Source: an uncultured Spirochaetota bacterium
GTDB taxonomy: Bacteria > Spirochaetota > Spirochaetia > SZUA-6 > Fen-1364
Length of the DNA: 64,000 nt
Direction: 5' to 3'
Assembly (NCBI GenBank): GCA_963745235.1
Contig: CAVUXE010000073.1
Coordinates: 1-64,000, forward strand
The translations under genes were made by a program, and so were the position numbers. How positions within the stretch are numbered: the first letter of the stretch is position 1; the number at the start of each line of letters is the position of its first letter. Of the stretch, positions 1-9,970 are shown in pieces. Below the pieces are notes generated by a model. That model saw only the letters and a list, made by a program, of their open reading frames with translations, ran no database searches and was not told where the DNA came from.

Positions 1-2328
1 CTGACCCGTTCGAATAACTCCTAAAGATTCCCTGGAGTTTATGCAAAAAATGCTTGACGGACGGCCAAATCTACGTAATAATAATCGAAACGTTTTTGGA
101 GGGGGAATGGCCGTTCAGACACGCCTTGCATTACCTGTTCCTACCGCGGTTGAAGTCAACGACACTGTCAGCTTTCTCGACGACGGTGACAACGTTGCAT
201 ATTTCGCCGCGGGGGTACCGCTGTTTACTCATGGCCATGGGGACGTCGTTGGCCAGCGTGTGGCGATGACACAGATCCTGGCTCTGGAGTTGGCAAAGCC
301 AAAGGAGCTGAGCGCCGCCTTAGGTCTTGGTCGCACGACGCTATGGCGGCAGCAGCTGCGATTTGAAGCCCAAGGGGTAGCGGGGCTTGCGGGGGAGAAG
401 CATGGGCCCAAGGGGCCGCACAAGCTCAAGGAAGAGCTGCTCAGCAAAGCCCAAGAGCTCCTTGATGAAGGGAAGTCGAATTATGAGGTGGCCGACTGAT
501 CGGGGTGACCGAGGGGACCGTTCGCCATGCCAAACGCCAAGGAGTGTTGCGCGCTTCGCACGAGGTTGTGCCCCGGGGCGAAGCCACGGCGAAGCAAGCC
601 AGCCGCAGCAGCGCACGGTGCAGGACGCGGCCGCACCGTAGGGGTGGGGACGACTCGGGTGGTGGAGCGGGTGTTGGCGGCCAGCGGCAAGCTGCAGCAG
701 GCTGAGCCGCGTTTCGAAGCCGCCAGCTCTGTCTCCAACGCAGGGGCCATGGTAGCGCTGCCTGCGCTTTTGGGACTGGGCTTGCTGGAGGTCGGGGAGA
801 AGGTCTACGGAAGCTTCGCAACGGGTTCTACGGATTGCGCAGCACGTTGCTGTGTTTGGCGTTCATGGCGCTGTTGCGCATCCGCAATCCTGATCGGATG
901 CAGTTCGAAGCCCCCGGGGAGTTGGGGGTGCTGCTGGGACTGGATCGAGTGCCCGAGGCCAAGACGATCCGCCGTAAGCTGCAGGAGCTGGCCGAGCGCA
1001 AGCAGGCGCACCGATTCAGCGCGGGCTTGGCCGAGCGCTGGGTGCGCCAGGCTTGTGGTGCGGCAGGGCTGTTGTACGTTGATGGCCATGTGCGTGCCTA
1101 CCACGGGGAGAAGCACCGCTTGAGCAAGACCCACGTTGCGCGGCGTCGGCTGTGCATGGCAGCGACCACGGATTATTGGATCAACGACAAACAGGCAGAG
1201 CCGTTGTTTTTCATCACCGGGGAGGCCAACGAGCGGCTGATTGCGACGCTGAAAGCGCGCATCCTGCCCGAGGTGCGTCGGTTGGTGGGAGAGCGCCGCC
1301 GAGTGACGGTGGTCTTCGATCGGGAGGGTTGGAGCCCGAAGCTGTTCGCCGAACTGTATGAAGCCGGCTTCGATGCGATGACCTATCGTCGGGGCCGGTA
1401 TCGCAAGTGGCCGCGCAGCAGTTTTGGTGTGATCCAGGGGCATGTAGAAGGTCAACAGGTCTCCTACGAGCTTGCTGAGAAGACCGTGCGGATGCCTGGC
1501 GGGCTCAAGATGCGGGAGGTGCGGCGGCTGCGGGCGGAGGGCAGCAGGCAGACTGCCGTGCTGACCACCTGCTGGACGATGCCCATGCTGGAGGTGGCGT
1601 GGCGGATGTTCGGCCGCTGGCGGCAGGAGAACTTCTTCCGCTACATGCGTGAGCACTTCGCGTTGGACGCCTTGGCCAGTCGCCGCGTGCAGCCGGTGGA
1701 TCCCGATCGCTCGATTCCCAATCCCAAACGCAGAGAGCTGGAGAAACGCCTGGCATTGATGCGGCTGCAGCTGCAGAAGCTGCAGACTGAGTACGGCGCG
1801 CGGGCGCTTCGGAATGACGAATCACGACGGCCGACCGCGCGTGGGTTCAAGATCGCCAACGGTGGGCTGGGAGCCCAGATTCGCGCCTTGAGCGAGCAGT
1901 GCCGCCGTCTGCGGGAGCGCATCAGAGCTTTGCCCAAACGCGTGGCGGTGGGAAAGGCAAAAGGCGAGAGGATGGTGAGTCTGGACCCTGAAACCAAGCA
2001 CCTGGCGGACACGATCAAGATGCTGGCCTACCGCGCCGAGACAGCCCTTGTGGGCCTTCTGGGACCGGCGTACGCACGCACGCAGGAGGAAGGGCGGGCC
2101 TTGGTGCGAGAAATCCTTAGCGCGCCGGCCGACATTCTGCCCGATGAGCAGGCCGGCGTGCTGCGCATCCGGCTGCATGGGTTGGCCAATCCTCGCAGCA
2201 ACGAGGCGGTCAACTATCTTTGCGAGCAACTCAACGAGCTTGAGATCAACTATCCTGACACCGCCCTACGAATGCGCTACGAGACGGCTTTTGTTCCATT
2301 GATTTCTGCGACGGGTCAGGAGTCCTGA
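1..2328 (+). mobile_element. Insertion sequence, unclassified DDE type (~2.3 kb), left end cut by window edge
   Basis: 1-9 CTGACCCGT is the reverse complement of 2311-2319 ACGGGTCAG (inner part of terminal inverted repeat); encloses one transposase; GC drops abruptly after 2328. Confidence 0.75.
107..2328 (+). CDS. Large DDE transposase with N-terminal HTH, split by ~3 frameshifts (~495, ~600, ~820)
   Basis: GGAGG RBS before ATG107; HTH-like LSAALGLGRTTLWR; candidate DDE motifs YVDGH, VFDREG, RWRQENFF; stop inside the right IR. Confidence 0.8.
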
Positions 2329-3691
2329 ACTTATCCTTGCCCAAAATCTGCGACAACATCATCATCGGAAAGTTTCTTTCGGGAAAATGAAATAGTCGGA
2401 GGGGTCTTTGCCTTAATGCGGTCCGCTCCATCAGCATTTTTGGACATCCGTGTCGTGTAAGCAGAGAAATTCGCCATCGTCTAATTTGATATCATAAAAA
2501 TATCCATTCTTTAGGAAATTGACCTTCTGTATTACACCTTTCCTAGTTATTCTCACGTCGTCATAATATAGAGTGCAATCAACTTTGTCGCCAATGTCCA
2601 ACTTCCTGCAACTATTCATCTTGTGTTTCGCGTCTGCACGGAAACTATCGGGAGCTTGTTTCACTTCCGAGACTTCTTCTAAAGTTGCCCGTTCATCTAT
2701 CTCCGGGACATCTTCGAAGGAAGGCACTTCTTCTGAGTCTACATCTTCTGCCGTGACTTCTTCCGCAAGAGGGACTTCTTCTGAATCTACATCTGCTTGA
2801 AGAGGTTCGACTTCCGAGATTTCTTTAGGTCGCGGTACTCGCAGGATATTCACGTCTGCATCTCCGACAGTACTAGATGAACCATTGTCCCACTGAACAT
2901 CAAAGCGGAATGATCGTACGCAATTATCAGCGTGAAGGTCATTATCAACTACTCGGAACGATAAAATAGTTCCGAAAATGGTGCTGTTATGTAATATCAC
3001 TCTATTGCCAACTAACGCATATTCTGTAAGTTCAGAGTATTTGTATTTCGACTGTGTCTTGGTTTTTTCTTTGGCTCTGAAGTGCTCAAGCTGAGCACGT
3101 ACAACTTCGTCTGACCATCCATTCGTAAAGCCTGATGGGAGCGATGGTGCTCCCATAAGACCTTCACAAGAGCTTCTTATTATTTCTTCAAGTTCTAATC
3201 TTTCGGATCTACTCGTTTCTTTCGGCAAGGCGTTGGTCGATTCTGCGGGAACGACTTTTTCCCCTTCATCGGAAAGATCCTTTGCAGATCTTTCCTTTTC
3301 AGGTCGGCCCTGTTCTACTGGTGTTGGACGCTCAAACCTGGCACAAAGTCTTCTAAGCTGTGCTGTGTCCATCGCTTTCAGAGATTTTAGTGGTGGGCCA
3401 AAGTATTCTTTAATTCTGACAAGATCCGGGTAATTTGGTACAAGTTCAGATGCATCGACTAGCCTTGTGTAAATACGCATGATTTCTAGGATTAGGCTTC
3501 GCCGTTCGCTATCTTCGTCTACGGAAAGATAGTCAACCGTCTCATCTTCTTGTGGCTCGCATTTGTTTTTGTCCTCTTTCTGGCCTTGCGCCGCTGGTTT
3601 CTCTTCATCGGGAGAATAAAGAAGCTCTAACGGTTCTACCGGAGAGGTTTGAGAAACCTTCGCTCGGTTGAGAACGTTGGCCCTGAACTTA

Positions 3692-4585
3692 GAGCCTATC
3701 CGAAAACAGCCCGGAGAGTGATCATGGCGCAGGCGAGGTGTAGCATTGCCAAGTAGTTGGCGGCTTTCTTCTCCCACCGGATCAGGAGTCGTCGAAAACG
3801 GTTGAGCCACGAATGGGTGCGCTCAACAACCCAGCGTCGCGCCCGGTAGCGTGGGATCGCAAACCTGCGTCGGACTTCCTCACCTCGGGCCTTGATGTGC
3901 GCGATGTATCCCTGTCCCTGCACCAAGGCACGGGTGTCAGGGTAGTCGTAGCCCTTATCCATGCACATATGTTGTGGCCTGAAGCGCTTCGGCGAGGGCC
4001 TCTCACAGGCCAGGGATTGCAGGGTTTGCTGTACCATCTTCTTGTCATGGCAGTTGGCCCCTTCAACCGTCACAGCCAGCGGGATACCTCTGCCGTCGGT
4101 TAGAAGGCTGCGCTTGACCCCCGATTTGGCCCTATCTGTGGGGTTTTTGCCCGTCTTTTCGCCGCCTAACGGGGCCTTCGTCATCGCGCCATCCATACAC
4201 AGCCATGCCCAGTTCAGTTTCTTTTTTTTCCCCCAGGTCCAGCAGCCCGGCCTTCCACATCGTCTTGAACACTCCGGCCTGCACCCACTGTTGGAACCTA
4301 TCATGCACTGTCGTCCCAGCTCCCAAGCTGCGCGGAAGCGCCCTCCACTGGCACCCGGTGCGTAGCACGTACAGGATGGCCGTCATCGCCTTTCGGTCAT
4401 CCATCGGTGGACGCCCGCCCTTGGTTCGCTTCTTGTGTCGAGGCAGCAGCGGCATCACCCGTGCCCACACAGCGTCCGCCAGGCAGTACTTCGCCTCAAT
4501 ACCCATCGTCTGGTCGACCATCTTCCCCTCCCAGAGAATCAAGTCGACGCTATGCTACACCATTAACTTGTTTTCGGATAGGCTC
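3692..4585 (-). mobile_element. IS5-family element (IS427/IS1031-like), 894 bp
   Basis: Perfect 17-bp IRs GAGCCTATCCGAAAACA (3692-3708, 4569-4585); TTA target duplication at 3689-3691 and 4586-4588. Confidence 0.95.
3696..4521 (-). CDS. IS5-family transposase in two frames (orfA/orfB) joined at a G-A8-G run (4221-4230)
   Basis: orfA GGRPP..DDR..ILYVLRTGCQWRALP; orfB MDG, DKGYD, RWVVERTHSWL..FRRL. Confidence 0.92.
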
Positions 4586-4764
4586 TTAATCGCCCGAAGC
4601 TCTTCAAATGTCCAATCTTTGAAGGTGTCGTAGGGGACCCGTTTCTTGAGGTAATCCCACACCAATTCCGTCAGTTCATTCTTGTCGAGAAAGTCCTTTA
4701 CCCAATCTGGTAGATCGTCCCACTCACTTTCTGCGCCTTCCATTTTGTTTTCCGCTCATGATGA

Positions 4765-4793
4765 ATTGTATCACATTTCTCGTTAGTCTACAA
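4765..4793 (-). promoter_or_regulatory. sigma70-like promoter of long paralogue
   Basis: TTGTAG-17-TACAAT with extended -10 TG. Confidence 0.6.
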
Positions 4794-4883
4794 AAGAGTA
4801 GGTTTCAGGCCCTTTTCCGCTTTGAAGTAGCTCTGGATTTGGCTACCTTCTTGGGCTTGTCTTTCTTTAGAGCTTTCTTGGTG

Positions 4884-5060
4884 TTAGCAGCGAACACCGT
4901 TATAGATATCTTCTAGCTGCTTATGCGTGTAGAGAACCTTTTGCCCCTGCCTCTTTCCTTTGATGCCCAATTTACTCACCCTTGATCTGAATGACGAAAG
5001 AGCCATTCTCGTCGCGTAGGCACCTTCTTCCGCTGAATACAATCTTTCTTGTTTTGCCAA
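4884..5060 (-). CDS. Small Xis/MerR-like HTH DNA-binding protein, 58 aa (may extend to 4805 with a Lys-rich tail if one indel is corrected)
   Basis: Not in ORF track; AGGGGG RBS then TTG; MAKQERLYSAEEGAYATRMALSSFRSRVSKLGIKGKRQGQKVLYTHKQLEDIYNGVRC. Confidence 0.65.
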   Translation of the reverse strand: MAKQERLYSAEEGAYATRMALSSFRSRVSKLGIKGKRQGQKVLYTHKQLEDIYNGVRC

Positions 5061-5118
5061 TTGTGATGACCCCCTGTAAATGAATCATGAATCACGGTTC
5101 AAGAGGTTTTCCAATGTA

Positions 5119-5592
5119 TTAGGAATCAAGATCAAGCAGCGGCTCAGCGAGTTGGCTACTCATCTTTCTGAGTTTGTCTGTACTCATGCATCTAAGAGAT
5201 TGAATCGGTGGGCCAAAGTAATCTTCCCCTATACAGCAAAGATTTGGGCAATTCGGCACGTATTGTCTTTCAGTGAAAAACTCAATGACATCTTGAATCA
5301 AATACTCCCGCTCTTTTGGCTCATTGAACGGAAGGTCTGCTTGTGCATCAGCATCGGGAGAATAGAGAAAGGGCAACGGTTCAAGCGGAGAGGTTTGGGA
5401 CAACTTTGACCGACTGCGGACGTTGCTTCTGAATTTGATTGCTCGAAGTTCTTCAAATGTCCAATTCTTGAATGTGTCGTATGGGACGCGCTTCTTGAGG
5501 TAAGCCCATACAAGTTCCGTCAGTTCGTTCTTGTCGAGAAAGTCCCTCACCCAATCGGGTAGGTCTTCCCAATCACTTTCTTCGCCTTCCAT
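5119..5592 (-). CDS. Unknown protein (~157 aa), short paralogue
   Basis: GGAGAG before ATG5592; 49/55 N-terminal residues identical to 2431-4743 product; shared YFGPP motif. Confidence 0.85.
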   Translation of the reverse strand: MEGEESDWEDLPDWVRDFLDKNELTELVWAYLKKRVPYDTFKNWTFEELRAIKFRSNVRSRSKLSQTSPLEPLPFLYSPDADAQADLPFNEPKEREYLIQDVIEFFTERQYVPNCPNLCCIGEDYFGPPIQSLRCMSTDKLRKMSSQLAEPLLDLDS

Positions 5593-5610
5593 TTTCTCTC
5601 CCCGCACTGA

Positions 5611-5639
5611 ATTGTAGCACCAACATATCGGATTCTCAA
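5611..5639 (-). promoter_or_regulatory. sigma70-like promoter of short paralogue
   Basis: TTGAGA-17-TACAAT with extended -10 TG. Confidence 0.6.
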
Positions 5640-5660
5640 AAGAACAAATCTCCGGAAATT

Positions 5661-5680
5661 AGTCGACTTTCGGCTTTTTC
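5661..5680. terminator. Possible small terminator hairpin downstream of recombinase
   Basis: AGTCGA-CTT-TCGGCT followed by T run. Confidence 0.35.
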
Positions 5681-5796
5681 TGCCATGTGAAATTATTATT
5701 CTTAGTTGAGTGGAGGGCAGAGATGCTGCTCGTTTTGTTTGCTGTAAGCACGGCTAAGTAGTCGCCAAGCCTCAGAACGCACACAACACCTTGCTT

Positions 5797-7583
5797 TCAA
5801 GGGACTATCGCCTTGCCATTCAAGAATGCCTTTCCGGGGAATTGATGGAATATCATTGCCTCTTCGGAGAACTTAGGTTTAGCGGTGTGGTACCTATCGC
5901 CGGTAAGAGTATTGTACATGAAAGTTTCCTGCAATCCGGGTGTGCTGTTGAGGGTCAGGTCAGACCTGTGTCGACCTTCGACGGTCATTACCCGTAAATG
6001 ATGTTCAACGGCATACGGGAAAGACATTTGAATTTCTGCTATGGTGTTAGACCTTTGCGGTATTCCTATTGAAAAGGTTTTTCCATTTCGATAAACAAGG
6101 GTAAGCACTCCATTCTTGACGGATGCAGATTCAAGTAGGCTTATGTAAAGACGGCGCTTGACGTCACCGTTAGCCTCCCTTAGAGCCTGTGCAGTATCCG
6201 TTCCAAAAGCGATCTGAAGCTCCAAAATATCCTGCTTAGCCTTCGCCGATTGATTCTCATGGAGCCTTAGCCTATCATCTATCTCTTGTCTTTCAGCTTG
6301 TCTCTTGGATAGCCTGTCCCTGATTTCAGGGCTGGCCCCTTGAGTCTCAACAGCATCAAGCAATCTTTCTATAGCAGCGATTATCTTTGCACGTTGCGCT
6401 ATCAAATCTTTAGAGGTTAGCAAAGCTTCTCTAGAGTTGTCCTCAATTTGCTGCAACTGCTTTTTGACGTAGCTCTCTGTTTCAAATACACTGAAAAGCG
6501 TGATGAGGGTGCATAATTCAAACACGTTCTCAAAGGCCTTTGCGTTGATGCATTTGGGGATTTGCTTGCACTGTCTTTCCCTAGTACTTGAGGCATGATG
6601 CTTATAGTAAAATTTGGTGCGTTCGGCGTTACGCCAGTAGAAGTATTGAGAATTGCAAGCGCTACAGCGCACTATTCCAGTCAATTGATGGTCAGCGGAT
6701 TTGTATCCGTTTCGGTTTCTCTCGGCGGCTAGGATGCTTATCTTTGAAGCCATTTCCGACCATTCGGCTTGCGGTATGTCTAGGATTGCCGGAATGTCCA
6801 AAGCAGGAATGAGGTTTTTGTGTTCCCAATCCCACTGGAAACCGGGCATACTCCGGCCGCCGGATAATATATGAAATATGGGAATGGCTCCATTTTGTAT
6901 TGATTACCCTTGGTTGTTTTGTAATCCTGTCTTTTACAATCTTTCCTTTGAACTTCGTTGGGATTCCCTCATCATTCAGTGCTCTTGCGATCTTCTTGAA
7001 ACTCTTTCCCCGCTTATAGAGCCTGAAGATATGGCGAACAACCTTAGCCTCAGCTTCGTTTATTCTAAGTTTGTGGCTACCTTGAGAGTCATAGAAGTCG
7101 TCGTACCCATAAATTGAATGAGTCCTCTTATGTCCATTATTGACGTTGGTTCTCCGTGAATTTAGTGTTCTGTCCCGTATTAGGTCCTTTTCAAACTCTG
7201 AGACTGCATCCCTGACATTCTGTGAAAACCTACCATCAGGAGATAGTAAGTTTACCTCTGAATCCTTGATGAAAAGCCGTATGCGGTGACGAAGTAGAAG
7301 GCTCTTGAATCGGGAAGATTCCTCTACATTCCTGCCGTACCTGTCTGCCGCAATAACCCAAACAGCGGAAAGACTCCCTGCTTCGATATCCTTGATTAGT
7401 CTTTGATAGTTCTCCCTGCTAGCTGGTAGCTCCTGAGACAGCTTCATCAACATAGAGTTTGGCTAAAAAGCCATGGTTTGCTGCAAACTCCTGTCCTATC
7501 CTCTTTTGCTCCGGGATTGAAGTATTGTCCCGCTGCTGGTCTGTGGAGATTCTGCAATACACCCCAACTGCGTTTGTATTCAT
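5797..7583 (-). CDS. Large serine recombinase (integrase), ~595 aa, two frameshifts (~7420, ~6845)
   Basis: GVYCRISTDQQ catalytic Ser motif, DRYGRN, recombinase domain (YGY, EAKVVRHIF, IARALN), zinc ribbon LTGIVRCSAC..C, coiled coil. Confidence 0.92.
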
Positions 7584-7627
7584 CTCATAGAGCGTATATT
7601 AGGTAAGAAAAAGGGTTAAGACTATTC

Positions 7628-9853
7628 TCACGTCTTCACCTGGATGCTCTTCTGCACGCGCACCCGGGTCGAAGGGCGCGTGTCTCCTCCCGCGGCAACA
7701 TCGGCGCCGATCAGCGGCAGGTCGAACTCCATTGCGAGGTCGAGCGTGAATGTCCCGCCGGCAGGGAGGGTGAGCTGCAGCTCCATTGGATTGGGCGCGA
7801 ACGCCCCAATGAGGATTCGATAGCGGTTGGGACTTTCCCTGACGGACGGGAACGTGGAATCGAAGAGGATGAAGTCTCCCGAGGAGGACAGGGTGGCGAC
7901 GACCCCGCGCGGGCTCGCCGGCATGGCAACCTCCAGGGTGACGGTTCGCTCGCTGAAGAAAGCGCTCGAGTTCTGCGTGATTTTCACGGGAGACGCCGGC
8001 GGCGGACGGAGCGGGAGCTTCACGCTGTTGCCGGGGGAGGGAATCCAGCGCGTGCCAGCGGCATCATGCACCATGACTGACGTAAGCGGGGCCGGGCTTT
8101 CGACGCTGAGCGTGTCATCCGTGATCTCGTCCTTGGATCCGATCTCCAGGGCCTGAGTCACATCCACGGGCTGCGGTGAAATCGGGGAGAACGGGGAGAA
8201 CAGCATCAGGCGGGCAACCAGGACACCGGCTCCGACGACCAGCACACCCGCAAAGACGTATTCACGCGTGCGGCGCCTGAACATGCCGCGCCCGGGGAGG
8301 ACCAGGCCGAGCCTCAGGACAACGAGAATGAAAGGAAGGCAGGCCGCGGCAATGAAGAGGTTCCCCCAGATCGGGGAGAGCAGGAGGAAATGGCAGAGAG
8401 GGAGGGCCGGCATGGAGAAGACCTCGATCAGCCCGCGGACCCCCCAGAATGGCGCCGGAAGGAACAGGAGCACCTTGGCAAAACGTGGGCGAGCAAGAGC
8501 GGAGAAGAAGACGAAGATGAAAGCCCAGAGAAAATAGTAGGTAAAGGAAATGTTGAACACCGCCACCACAGCGATGTCGACGAGCAGAATGAAGAGGGCC
8601 GCCGCGGAATAGAAGGTCCCGTTGCGAGGGAAGGGAAGGCGCCGAGCCGCGTTGTACAGCACGCTGTACAGGAACAGGGCCACGCAGGCCTTGAGCACAA
8701 GGAACTGCATGGGCACGTAGGACCACAGGGATGGGAAGCCGCGAACGGCCTGGATCCCGTCAAGGGTCAGGGTCCCGGCAAAAAGGAAGAGGAACGCTAT
8801 GCCGGTCACCGGCAGAAGGGCGGGCAGGTTCCTGCCCAGCGTCCGCGTGTACCTGCGCATTCCCTTCCGGAAGGCAAGGGAGTAGAGGAGCATCCCTGAG
8901 AGGGTGATGATGAGGATGGCGATGTACGCCCTCTCGGTTATGATCAGGGAAAAATCGCCTTCCTGGAAAAGAAGGTAGTGGCGGTCCCAATCCTCGGGGA
9001 TCCCGGCGCGAGGTTCCTGGAGCAGCCCGGAGAGGAACGCGGGGAGCGAGTCCATCCAGTCCACGGCCGCCTGGCGTTGGGGCGCGGCCTCGTATTCCCC
9101 CTCAAGCTCAACCGAGGGGTAGCCTGCTTTCAAGTAGGGCTCGATGGGCATCCGTTCGTTTGTCGTACCCAGGCGGAAGACCTGCGTTTCGACGCCCCGC
9201 AGGACGTACGGGATCTGGGCTGCCCGCAACGCCGCAACGCTCATGTTCATGAGCCAGTACGGCGTCACGATTCCCCTCCCGCCTCCGCGAACCAGGATCC
9301 GCGTCGGTACGTCACGAAGGTTCAGGTAGACCACTGCCGCGCGATAGTCCGGCTGGAAGTCCCGCAGAAACAACGTGCTGCCCATGGGGTAGGCATCGCT
9401 GTCCCCGAACTCGGCACCCAGGAAAAGCACCGTGAGAGACACCGGAGGGGGAGCGCCTCTCGATCTCCTGATCAGGTCCAGGGCGAGGGCGATGTTGATT
9501 GCGCCATCCCTGCTTTGCTCCGCGTCCGGCTGCTGGTCAAGCGGGACGGCAATGATCAGCGTGTCCTTCAGGCGTCCCGGCACGTCAACGCGGATGCAGG
9601 AAGAGAACGAGTGCTCGAAATCCGAATCACTGAAGTCGAACGGCGTGAAGATGGCTCCCAGGGAAGCGAGGCGGGATTGGATGAAGGACAGGGCGCGCTT
9701 CTCACCCTCAGAGCCCTCCAGGCGCGGATAGAAAGACTGGATGGTGTGCAGGTCGCCGGGAAGCGACCCGTCCGGGGATGGGGGCAGCTCCAGGGAAAAA
9801 AGAGCCCGAGCGGCAAGGAAAAAGAGGACGGCTATCCACCAGGGACGACGCAT
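7628..9853 (-). CDS. Membrane protein with N-terminal M28 peptidase-like domain (degenerate) and multi-TM region
   Basis: Signal peptide; PRLEGSEGE, LFLGAEFG..MGS; many hydrophobic segments. Confidence 0.7.
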   Translation of the reverse strand: MRRPWWIAVLFFLAARALFSLELPPSPDGSLPGDLHTIQSFYPRLEGSEGEKRALSFIQSRLASLGAIFTPFDFSDSDFEHSFSSCIRVDVPGRLKDTLIIAVPLDQQPDAEQSRDGAINIALALDLIRRSRGAPPPVSLTVLFLGAEFGDSDAYPMGSTLFLRDFQPDYRAAVVYLNLRDVPTRILVRGGGRGIVTPYWLMNMSVAALRAAQIPYVLRGVETQVFRLGTTNERMPIEPYLKAGYPSVELEGEYEAAPQRQAAVDWMDSLPAFLSGLLQEPRAGIPEDWDRHYLLFQEGDFSLIITERAYIAILIITLSGMLLYSLAFRKGMRRYTRTLGRNLPALLPVTGIAFLFLFAGTLTLDGIQAVRGFPSLWSYVPMQFLVLKACVALFLYSVLYNAARRLPFPRNGTFYSAAALFILLVDIAVVAVFNISFTYYFLWAFIFVFFSALARPRFAKVLLFLPAPFWGVRGLIEVFSMPALPLCHFLLLSPIWGNLFIAAACLPFILVVLRLGLVLPGRGMFRRRTREYVFAGVLVVGAGVLVARLMLFSPFSPISPQPVDVTQALEIGSKDEITDDTLSVESPAPLTSVMVHDAAGTRWIPSPGNSVKLPLRPPPASPVKITQNSSAFFSERTVTLEVAMPASPRGVVATLSSSGDFILFDSTFPSVRESPNRYRILIGAFAPNPMELQLTLPAGGTFTLDLAMEFDLPLIGADVAAGGDTRPSTRVRVQKSIQVKT

Positions 9854-9970
9854 GCCAATCCGAGCATAGGGATTGCTCCGGCCAAGGTCAATCGAAGATC
9901 GCCTTCACGCCGGTGAAACCTGGCTCGACCTTGTCAACAGGCCGCCCTTGGTATACGCTGATGAACCATC

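Larger units (their letters stand above)
2431..4743 (-). pseudogene. Unknown protein (471 aa when reconstructed) interrupted by IS5-family element; long paralogue of 5119-5592
   Basis: Removing 3692-4585 and one TTA joins ...EELRAIK to FRANVLNRAK... in frame (1416 nt), matching paralogue ...EELRAIKFRSNVRSRSK. Confidence 0.9.
2329..7627 (-). mobile_element. AT-richer integrative element with large serine recombinase (probably continues left of the IS)
   Basis: Composition visibly lower in GC than flanks; all genes on minus strand; recombinase at right edge abutting a host stop codon at 7628. Confidence 0.75.

Noticed and set aside
2246-2437. 63-aa ORF at the IS right junction
   Set aside because: Runs into the IS end and has no recognisable motif; cannot be supported
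3692-3810. N-terminus of the 459-aa track ORF 2431-3810
   Set aside because: First ~40 codons lie inside the IS5 element; the true 5' part is at 4586-4743
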